Shown here: positions 8,335 through 15,487 of the stretch, piece after piece
Numbering within the stretch: position 1 is the first letter of the stretch
How the letters are laid out: the number at the start of each line of letters is the position of its first letter
NCBI RefSeq assembly: GCF_037013405.1
Contig: NZ_CP146064.1
Coordinates: 570,001-602,000 of the forward strand
Direction of reading: 5' to 3'
DNA: 32,000 nt
From: Candidatus Nanosynbacter sp. BB002
GTDB lineage: Bacteria > Patescibacteriota > Saccharimonadia > Saccharimonadales > Saccharimonadaceae
The notes under the pieces: model-generated
Databases searched by the model: none
What the model was told of the DNA's origin: nothing
The model's input: only the letters and a program-made list of their open reading frames with translations
Made by a program: the position numbers and the translations under genes

Positions 8335-8361
8335 AAAGCGGCTACATGAGATAGCCGCTTT
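8335..8361. terminator. Bidirectional rho-independent terminator between the convergent ABC and giant-protein genes
   Basis: AAGCGGCTA (8336..8344), loop catgaga, TAGCCGCTT (8352..8360): a perfect 9-bp stem. It is flanked by an A-run upstream and T-rich sequence downstream, so it can serve both strands. Confidence 0.75.
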
Positions 8362-8384
8362 ATTATTGAGCTGTGACAGCTGGT

Positions 8385-11300
8385 TTAGCGTCGGCGTTTG
8401 ATGATTATCCAGGCGCCAGTAGCAACGACCGCGATGGAACCGAGAGTGATTACGATGGCGTTACTACCCGTGTCAGCTAGTGCATTTGATGCTTTCTTCG
8501 CAATCTTAGCAACTGGGTTGTTGCCGCCACTATTGGCATTTTGGTTACCATTCTGAGTAGCGTCCTCTTCTTCGTAAATACCAACTGGGTCGATGATAGT
8601 GCCGTTTGCTATACCGTCACCGTCACCAAAGCCGCCGTCAGTCAAATCATAAGCAATAGTGGTGTATTTGCCATCTGGCGTATTACCAAAGGTAACTCGG
8701 CTGGTGATGTCTTGGTATACTCGACCATTCATTATCTTACCAATTGTCAGACGGTTCGTGTTAGCATAGCGACGACTTAATGTTAAGGTTACGCGAGCTG
8801 TAAAGCCAACCGCAGGAGCTTGGTTGTTACAGTTAATCGTGAAGTCCACTCCTTCGCGAAGCACACGGTTATTGTAGCGATCCGGCGTTGAAGCTGTCTG
8901 TGCTGTCGCCAAGTTGTAACAAGAGTTTCCAGATGTCTCTAATGTCAAAGAACGGTGATATGGCTGTGCAACAGTCATCTTGTTCCGTGGAGCCTGAGGT
9001 CCCGGGATGACAATTGCATTCAACCGATTTTCCAGTGCAGTTCTCTTAGCGGTATCCTGTACGTTTGCCACCAAAGCTCTTGCGGCATTCACTGCAGCTT
9101 GAGTTTTGCTACTTTCAGCCTGAGCAACTGCTTGTTCAGCGGCTGTTTGGGCGTCTGCTTCCTTCTTCTTGGCGTTAGTTACTGCCGTGTTGAGGTCGTT
9201 GGCTGCTTTCTGGATGGCAGTAGCAGCTGGGTTTGGTTGCTTCTCTACTTCTTTGGCTTTGGCGAGAGCTTGCTTGACGGTAGCGTCATTGGTAATGTAG
9301 GCCGGTTCTTTCTCGGCGTTGGCGATGGCGGTGCGGAGGGCAGACAGGTCAGGACGGAGGGCGTCAAGTTTTGCTTGCAGAGCTGCTTTGGCAGCGTTGA
9401 GCTCGGCAACAGAAGCACCGGCGTTGGCAGCAACCTGCTCTGCTTGGGTGACTTGTGCTGCTACGGCGTCCTTGGTTTCTTGGGACATGCCGGCAGTGGT
9501 TGCTGGGTCTTTGGCCTTGGTTATCAGGGCGGAGAGAGCGTTGCGAGCAGCGGTGACGTTAGCGGTTACCTGGTTGAGGCGATCCTGGAAGGCTTGTTTC
9601 TTCGTTGGGTCTTGGACGGCAGCTACCTTGGCGTTGGCGCTGGTAACATCGTCTGGATCCTGGTTGTGTTCAGCCTGAGCAACTGCTTGTTCAGCGGCTG
9701 TTTGGGCGTCTGCTTCCTTCTTCTTGGCGTTAGTTACTGCCGTGTTGAGGTCGTTGGCTGCTTTCTGGATGGCAGTAGCAGCTGGGTTTGGTTGCTTCTC
9801 TACTTCTTTGGCTTTGGCGAGAGCTTGCTTGACGGTAGCGTCATTGGTAATGTAGGCCGGTTCTTTCTCGGCGTTGGCGATGGCGGTGCGGAGGGCAGAC
9901 AGGTCAGGACGGAGGGCGTCAAGTTTTGCTTGCAGAGCTGCTTTGGCAGCGTTGAGCTCGGCAACAGAAGCACCGGCGTTGGCAGCAACCTGCTCTGCTT
10001 GGGTGACTTGTGCTGCTACGGCGTCCTTGGTTTCTTGGGACATGCCGGCAGTGGTTGCTGGGTCTTTGGCCTTGGTTATCAGGGCGGAGAGAGCGTTGCG
10101 AGCAGCGGTGACGTTAGCGGTTACCTGGTTGAGGCGATCCTGGAAGGCTTGTTTCTTCGTTGGGTCTTGGACGGCAGCTACCTTGGCGTTGGCGCTGGTA
10201 ACATCGTCTGGATCCTGGTTGTGTTCAGCCTGAGCAACTGCTTGTTCAGCGGCTGTTTGGGCGTCTGCTTCCTTCTTCTTGGCGTTAGTTACTGCCGTGT
10301 TGAGGTCGTTGGCTGCTTTCTGGATGGCAGTAGCAGCTGGGTTTGGTTGCTTCTCTACTTCTTTGGCTTTGGCGAGAGCTTGCTTGACGGTAGCGTCATT
10401 GGTAATGTAGGCCGGTTCTTTCTCGGCGTTGGCGATGGCGGTGCGGAGGGCAGACAGGTCAGGACGGAGGGCGTCAAGTTTTGCTTGCAGAGCTGCTTTG
10501 GCAGCGTTGAGCTCGGCAACAGAAGCACCGGCGTTGGCAGCAACCTGCTCTGCTTGGGTGACTTGTGCTGCTACGGCGTCCTTGGTTTCTTGGGACATGC
10601 CGGCAGTGGTTGCTGGGTCTTTGGCCTTGGTTATCAGGGCGGAGAGAGCGTTGCGAGCAGCGGTGACGTTAGCGGTTACCTGGTTGAGGCGATCCTGGAA
10701 GGCTTGTTTCTTCGTTGGGTCTTGGACGGCAGCTACCTTGGCGTTGGCGCTGGTAACATCGTCTGGATCCTGGTTGTGTTCAGCCTGAGCAACTGCTTGT
10801 TCAGCGGCTGTTTGGGCGTCTGCTTCCTTCTTCTTGGCGTTAGTTACTGCCGTGTTGAGGTCGTTGGCTGCTTTCTGGATGGCAGTAGCAGCTGGGTTTG
10901 GTTGCTTCTCTACTTCTTTGGCTTTGGCGAGAGCTTGCTTGACGGTAGCGTCATTGGTAATGTAGGCCGGTTCTTTCTCGGCGTTGGCGATGGCGGTGCG
11001 GAGGGCAGACAGGTCAGGACGGAGGGCGTCAAGTTTTGCTTGCAGAGCTGCTTTGGCAGCGTTGAGCTCGGCAACAGAAGCACCGGCGTTGGCAGCAACC
11101 TGCTCTGCTTGGGTGACTTGTGCTGCTACGGCGTCCTTGGTTTCTTGGGACATGCCGGCAGTGGTTGCTGGGTCTTTGGCCTTGGTTATCAGGGCGGAGA
11201 GAGCGTTGCGAGCAGCGGTGACGTTAGCGGTTACCTGGTTGAGGCGATCCTGGAAGGCTTGTTTCTTCGTTGGGTCTTGGACGGCAGCTACCTTGGCGTT

Positions 11301-14300
11301 GGCGCTGGTAACATCGTCTGGATCCTGGTTGTGTTCAGCCTGAGCAACTGCTTGTTCAGCGGCTGTTTGGGCGTCTGCTTCCTTCTTCTTGGCGTTAGTT
11401 ACTGCCGTGTTGAGGTCGTTGGCTGCTTTCTGGATGGCAGTAGCAGCTGGGTTTGGTTGCTTCTCTACTTCTTTGGCTTTGGCGAGAGCTTGCTTGACGG
11501 TAGCGTCATTGGTAATGTAGGCCGGTTCTTTCTCGGCGTTGGCGATGGCGGTGCGGAGGGCAGACAGGTCAGATTTTGGCAGTGTTGCAGTCACGTGTAG
11601 TGTTCCAGAGAAAGCAAACGGCTTACCATTGATAGTTATCTGCTTGTTCCAGTTGGCCTGCAACGCATGCGGTTGACCGTCATATACTGGTGCCGCCACT
11701 TTTAATTTACCAGCTGCTTCATTGACCAAAGTGGCCGTATTCTCAATGGCAATTGGCGCGCCAGCTGCATCCTTCAAAGGCGAGCTGAACACTTCAGACT
11801 CAGTAGTCATACTACCCTGCTGGTTTTCTAGCTTCAAAGAGGTAAGGTGGTTCAAACCCGCGAGAGGCTGTGCATTCATGATCGTACTGTAGTCTAACCG
11901 CAGTTCAGTAAGTTGAGTCATTCGTCCAATTGCAGCAATCTCATCCTCGCTCAGCTGCCCCCCAGTCAAGCGCAAAGAGGTCAGAGCCGGTGCACCAACA
12001 AGAGATTGAGCATTGACAACTTTAGTCTTTCGGCCATAGTCATAGAAAGAGATTTTCTTTAGCGAGTTTTTACTACCTGCAAATGTTGATAGGTCTAACG
12101 TCTGATTGGTACCGCTCATCGAGACTTGCTCGAGCTTGTTCAGAGACGACAAAGGACTATAGTTCGTAACAACATTTTCCGACAAGTTCACACTACGCAA
12201 CTCAGACAAGCCAGCCAGCGGTTGAATATCAGCAACCTTGTTGCCTGACAGCTGTAATGCGCGCAATTTAGTTAGGCCAGAGAGCGGCTGTAAATTGGTA
12301 ATTGCGTGATTGCCGAGTGATAGCTCAGTGACATTTTTAGCGTACTCCAGACCAGTCAAATCCTTAATCCTCTGGTCTTCCGTGATATTGCCAGTATTAT
12401 CGACATACATGCGATCAATGGTTAGCATTTCTTGAGCAGTAATCGCTTGAGCATCACTACGGGTTTTCCCTGAGATTTCAGCTAACCTCTTGTTCAACAA
12501 CTGGCGCAACCTGGCATCAGGGATGTTAACGCCCTGCGCTGCCGGAGGCTGTGGAGGTGTCGGAGAATTGGTTGAATCCATATAAGCATTTACCAAAGCA
12601 CCTCGGTTTACCGCCACACCAGGCCTTACGTGTTGGCCGCTTGGGTCAATTGCTGATGCAACCTCAGCTGACAATGGCTTACCTGAACCAATCGCCGGAC
12701 TGCCTGCCTTCAAGTTGTAGTTACTCTTACGGTAGTCGGTGTTCTGTTCAGCTTCTTTGATGAAGTATGGGTTGTTTGCGCGTGTACCAAACAGGTCGAA
12801 CGAGTGGGTGTCGCGACCATCAATTGACGACCTTACGCGGCTATCTTTAGCGATGTCTTTCACATTAGCAAACAAAATATCAAGGCGGTTCGGCACATCC
12901 GCTAAGTCCCAGGTCATGATCGTGCCTTCATTTTGCAAGCTACTGCGGTAGTAGGCGTTGTAGTCAAAGCCCTTGAACATGTCATTTGTATAGGTGCCTG
13001 GACCAGTGTGGTTTGGGCCACCAGTGCTCCTAACAGGGTAGGACCACAGTGGCGCGCCAGTGTCACCAGAGATGACTGCACGAGATGAGATGATGTTATT
13101 GTACATCTCTAGACCAGTCAAGTTCCAGCTCAGACCCTTGCCAGCAGACCACGACTCGAGCGATTTACAAATTTGTGGATTATTACGATCTCGCTCATTA
13201 CAACCGTCAGTACGAGCATCCTCATTCAGCATGATAGGTCGGTTGGTTCGAGAGATAGTGTTATTGTATACTTTGGAGTTCGAACTACTCGATACGCCAA
13301 TACCCGCACCCGAGCCCTCAATAATGTTTGATGCGATGATTGTGCCATCTGAAACCTCATCAAAGATCGCTGTTGTCGTGTTGATGAAGAAGTTGTTGAC
13401 AATTTTTGCTTTGATGCAGCCTTCATCACACCAGACACCCGCTGTACCATTGCGCACATAATAGTCGTTGCCAGTTGAAGCAGGATTCTTTGAGTTATCA
13501 ACCACATTACCTCGGAACGTAAAGTTCTCAATGTGCGTCACTTTTATCTCAGAAACAGTACACCACGCCAAACAGACTGAACCATTGGTCAGATAATTTG
13601 CTGCGTTGTTCTCTGTAAAGATGTTATTTTCAAATGTTGTATTGTGCGCACGGTTAGCTCCTGCACCATTACCACCATTGCCGATAAATTTGTTATTAAC
13701 GATGCGCGCACCTTGTGCATCAGTATTGAAACCGACTGAGGAGCTTTGCGTAAAGATAGAGTCTTGGACGACTGAGCCACGACCATTTACCACGATCATA
13801 CTGGTCCCAACCTGATCTTCGGCCAAGTCACGATCCCAAGACCAACTCTGTACTGGTGAGTACTGTGCAACATTGATAGCTTTCATCGTGAAATTAGAGC
13901 CATCATCAGCCTGACGACCACCAACAGAGAAAGCGCGTGCTCGGTTGGTAATCTCTGTAGTACCGCTAGATGGGTCAGAGCCAACATAATATGTCAAATC
14001 ATCTTCTGTGCCAACGTTAAAGCCTGCTCGATTATTTGTTGGATCTTTCAAAGTAGTTGGGTTTTTGTCTTCAACGTAAAACTTTCCAGGGCCAACCTTG
14101 TTTTTTGCATCGACTTGTTCCAGTGGTTGATCGTCGATAAACATCTGCTCTGGGTAAGCAGCCATACCTTCTTTGGATGGGTTGGGGTTGACCGTACAAA
14201 CACGACAGAAATTACGGAATTTACCCGTAGTCTTCCACATGTTGCCTTCTTTAGTCCATCGATCTGCCGATACAATATCGCTACCCTTCATCCAGACTTC

Positions 14301-14669
14301 AGCATGAGGGGCAGCCTGGAAGGTAATATTTTTCTTCGTGACAAAGAAATGCGGCTCTCGGTAAGCGCCGCTCTTAGCTACAACCGTTCCTCCATCAGAA
14401 ACAGCCTGTAAGCCTCGCCTAAAGGTCGCGAACGGTCGCGCTTCGGTACCATTCCCAGAATTGTCATTACCATCTGGCGAAATCCATGCCACATTGGTTG
14501 TCGGCACTGGATAGTTGGTATCCATCGCTTTATATTTTTTGTGGACACTAGCCGCTTTTGCCATAAACGGACTTGTTAGAACCAACGCGAAAACCATCAC
14601 AACCGCAGCTGCTGGTATCGCTAGTTTGGCGACACGTTGATTCCTTCTTGATATACGAAGACGTACCAT
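8385..14669 (-). CDS. Giant (2094 aa) secreted, cell-wall-anchored surface protein: signal peptide, right-handed beta-helix, LRR, helical tandem-repeat stalk, C-terminal beta domain, LAXTG sorting signal
   Basis: A single uninterrupted ORF. The N-terminus MVRLRISRRNQRVAKLAIPAAAVVMVFALVLTSPFMAKA|AS is Sec-type. See the sub-features for domains. SD GGAGAGGGAG lies upstream. Confidence 0.9.
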   Translation of the reverse strand: MVRLRISRRNQRVAKLAIPAAAVVMVFALVLTSPFMAKAASVHKKYKAMDTNYPVPTTNVAWISPDGNDNSGNGTEARPFATFRRGLQAVSDGGTVVAKSGAYREPHFFVTKKNITFQAAPHAEVWMKGSDIVSADRWTKEGNMWKTTGKFRNFCRVCTVNPNPSKEGMAAYPEQMFIDDQPLEQVDAKNKVGPGKFYVEDKNPTTLKDPTNNRAGFNVGTEDDLTYYVGSDPSSGTTEITNRARAFSVGGRQADDGSNFTMKAINVAQYSPVQSWSWDRDLAEDQVGTSMIVVNGRGSVVQDSIFTQSSSVGFNTDAQGARIVNNKFIGNGGNGAGANRAHNTTFENNIFTENNAANYLTNGSVCLAWCTVSEIKVTHIENFTFRGNVVDNSKNPASTGNDYYVRNGTAGVWCDEGCIKAKIVNNFFINTTTAIFDEVSDGTIIASNIIEGSGAGIGVSSSSNSKVYNNTISRTNRPIMLNEDARTDGCNERDRNNPQICKSLESWSAGKGLSWNLTGLEMYNNIISSRAVISGDTGAPLWSYPVRSTGGPNHTGPGTYTNDMFKGFDYNAYYRSSLQNEGTIMTWDLADVPNRLDILFANVKDIAKDSRVRSSIDGRDTHSFDLFGTRANNPYFIKEAEQNTDYRKSNYNLKAGSPAIGSGKPLSAEVASAIDPSGQHVRPGVAVNRGALVNAYMDSTNSPTPPQPPAAQGVNIPDARLRQLLNKRLAEISGKTRSDAQAITAQEMLTIDRMYVDNTGNITEDQRIKDLTGLEYAKNVTELSLGNHAITNLQPLSGLTKLRALQLSGNKVADIQPLAGLSELRSVNLSENVVTNYSPLSSLNKLEQVSMSGTNQTLDLSTFAGSKNSLKKISFYDYGRKTKVVNAQSLVGAPALTSLRLTGGQLSEDEIAAIGRMTQLTELRLDYSTIMNAQPLAGLNHLTSLKLENQQGSMTTESEVFSSPLKDAAGAPIAIENTATLVNEAAGKLKVAAPVYDGQPHALQANWNKQITINGKPFAFSGTLHVTATLPKSDLSALRTAIANAEKEPAYITNDATVKQALAKAKEVEKQPNPAATAIQKAANDLNTAVTNAKKKEADAQTAAEQAVAQAEHNQDPDDVTSANAKVAAVQDPTKKQAFQDRLNQVTANVTAARNALSALITKAKDPATTAGMSQETKDAVAAQVTQAEQVAANAGASVAELNAAKAALQAKLDALRPDLSALRTAIANAEKEPAYITNDATVKQALAKAKEVEKQPNPAATAIQKAANDLNTAVTNAKKKEADAQTAAEQAVAQAEHNQDPDDVTSANAKVAAVQDPTKKQAFQDRLNQVTANVTAARNALSALITKAKDPATTAGMSQETKDAVAAQVTQAEQVAANAGASVAELNAAKAALQAKLDALRPDLSALRTAIANAEKEPAYITNDATVKQALAKAKEVEKQPNPAATAIQKAANDLNTAVTNAKKKEADAQTAAEQAVAQAEHNQDPDDVTSANAKVAAVQDPTKKQAFQDRLNQVTANVTAARNALSALITKAKDPATTAGMSQETKDAVAAQVTQAEQVAANAGASVAELNAAKAALQAKLDALRPDLSALRTAIANAEKEPAYITNDATVKQALAKAKEVEKQPNPAATAIQKAANDLNTAVTNAKKKEADAQTAAEQAVAQAEHNQDPDDVTSANAKVAAVQDPTKKQAFQDRLNQVTANVTAARNALSALITKAKDPATTAGMSQETKDAVAAQVTQAEQVAANAGASVAELNAAKAALQAKLDALRPDLSALRTAIANAEKEPAYITNDATVKQALAKAKEVEKQPNPAATAIQKAANDLNTAVTNAKKKEADAQTAAEQAVAQAESSKTQAAVNAARALVANVQDTAKRTALENRLNAIVIPGPQAPRNKMTVAQPYHRSLTLETSGNSCYNLATAQTASTPDRYNNRVLREGVDFTINCNNQAPAVGFTARVTLTLSRRYANTNRLTIGKIMNGRVYQDITSRVTFGNTPDGKYTTIAYDLTDGGFGDGDGIANGTIIDPVGIYEEEDATQNGNQNANSGGNNPVAKIAKKASNALADTGSNAIVITLGSIAVVATGAWIIIKRRR
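8388..8480 (-). other. Sortase sorting signal, LAXTG type (LADTG + hydrophobic span + KRRR tail)
   Basis: The C-terminal 31 aa are LADTG-SNAIVITLGSIAVVATGAWIII-KRRR. LADTG is encoded at 8480..8466 (cta gct gac acg ggt). Confidence 0.8.
9114..11572 (-). repeat. Tandem coding repeat, period 555 bp (185 aa), 4.43 copies, apparently 100% identical at nucleotide level
   Basis: Identity starts at 9114 (ttcagcc) and ends at 11572. Repeat landmarks fall at 9116, 9671, 10226 and 10781. All translated frames in the ORF track repeat letter-for-letter (62-aa and 119-aa shadow ORFs x4, plus the 881-aa shadow ORF). The unit is DLSALRTAIANAEKEPAYITNDATVKQ...AALQAKLDALRP. Confidence 0.95.
11815..12533 (-). 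other. Leucine-rich repeat (internalin-like, ~22-residue LRR) region of the giant protein; boundaries approximate
   Basis: Repeating LxxLxxLxLxxNxIxxIxPL units: LTGLEYAKNVTELSLGNHAITNLQPLSGLTKLRALQLSGNKVADIQPLAGLSELRSVNLSENVVTNYSPLSSLNKLEQVSMSG... Confidence 0.8.
12570..14492 (-). other. Right-handed parallel beta-helix (pectate-lyase-fold / PbH1-repeat) region of the giant protein; boundaries approximate
   Basis: Typical entry motif ISPDGNDNSGNGTEARPFATFRRGLQAVSDGGTVVAKSGAYRE. Further on there are Asn/Gly-rich coils (IVNNKFIGNGGNGAGANRAHNTTFENNIFTENNAANY, KVYNNTISRTN, EMYNNIIS). Confidence 0.7.
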
Positions 14670-14720
14670 CCCTATTTTTCTCCCTCTCCTCAGTTTTGTG
14701 TATTAAAACTACCTGCCACC

Positions 14721-14750
14721 AGTGTAGCATGAGCGATTTCATCATGTCAA
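14721..14750 (-). promoter_or_regulatory. Candidate promoter of the giant surface-protein gene: TTGACA-18 nt-TGcTACACT
   Basis: On the minus strand the -35 TTGACA is at 14750..14745 and the extended -10 TGCTACACT is at 14729..14721. A leader of about 45 nt follows, carrying GGAGAGGGAG before ATG 14669. Confidence 0.5.
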
Positions 14751-14751
14751 A

Positions 14752-14780
14752 TTGTCAACTACTGTTTTTTGTCCTATAAT
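14752..14780 (+). promoter_or_regulatory. Sigma-70-type promoter of the DedA gene: TTGTCA-17 nt-TATAAT, 8 nt before the ATG (leaderless-type)
   Basis: -35 at 14752..14757 and -10 at 14775..14780, with an exactly 17-nt spacer. ATG is at 14789 and there is no SD. Confidence 0.65.
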
Positions 14781-14788
14781 AAGTACCT

Positions 14789-15463
14789 ATGATGCACGCT
14801 TTCGTAGACTTTATTATTCACTTTGGTATTATTGCCGTTTTATTTGTTATATTCGCCGAGTCAGGCCTATTGTTTGGGTTTATTTTCCCTGGCGATAGCC
14901 TGCTATTCACTGCTGGCTATATGGTACAACAACACATTTTGCCAATCGACATTTCGATATTCGTGCTTTTACTTATCATCGCGGCCATTGCCGGAGATTC
15001 AGTTGGTTACACCTTTGGCCACAAGGTGGGCCGAAAACTGTTTGAGCGGAAAAACTCACGCTTGTTCAAACGTAAATATCTCATTCAAGCTGAAAAATTT
15101 TATGAAAAACATGGCGCCATCACAGTCATCTTGGCACGATTTGTGCCCATTGTCCGCACGTTTGCCCCAATCGTAGCCGGCGCAAGCAAAATGCATTATC
15201 GAACCTTCTTGCTCTTCAACGTCATTGGTGGCATTTTATGGGCTTCGCTATTCACTTACCTGGGATTCTTTGCTGGCAAGGCACTGACTGAAGCTGGCAT
15301 TAACGTTGAGGTCGCTGCCCTGATTATCATTTTCCTGTCAGTCCTGCCAATGATCATTCACGCGCTCAAGCAAGAATCCACCAAAGCAGCCCTCAAAAAA
15401 CAGTTATCTGTCCTGTTTTCAAAAGACAAACAGCCAAAGTCGGCTGCTAAAAAGCGCAAGTAA
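14789..15463 (+). CDS. DedA-family (VTT/SNARE-associated domain) membrane protein
   Basis: 224 aa. AESGLLFGFIFPGDSLLFTAGY and ARFVPIVRTFAPIVAG are characteristic DedA motifs. Lys-rich C-terminal tail. Confidence 0.88.
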   Translation: MMHAFVDFIIHFGIIAVLFVIFAESGLLFGFIFPGDSLLFTAGYMVQQHILPIDISIFVLLLIIAAIAGDSVGYTFGHKVGRKLFERKNSRLFKRKYLIQAEKFYEKHGAITVILARFVPIVRTFAPIVAGASKMHYRTFLLFNVIGGILWASLFTYLGFFAGKALTEAGINVEVAALIIIFLSVLPMIIHALKQESTKAALKKQLSVLFSKDKQPKSAAKKRK

Positions 15464-15487
15464 TTCATCTAAACTCGAGAGTCCATC

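Noticed and set aside
9114-11572. Possibility that the regular repeats are a CRISPR array or a mobile-element array
   Set aside because: The period is 555 bp with no unique spacers between units. The array is entirely in-frame coding sequence of one gene. No cas genes or transposase are nearby.
8955-11600. 881-aa plus-strand ORF, together with the 119-aa and 62-aa ORFs repeated four times, across the repeat array
   Set aside because: These are shadow frames of the minus-strand Ala/Gln/Lys-rich repeat. Its GCN-rich periodic codons keep other frames open. Their translations are Gly/Cys/Leu/Val low-complexity strings with no start context. The minus-strand frame is continuous with the recognisable beta-helix, LRR and sorting-signal domains.
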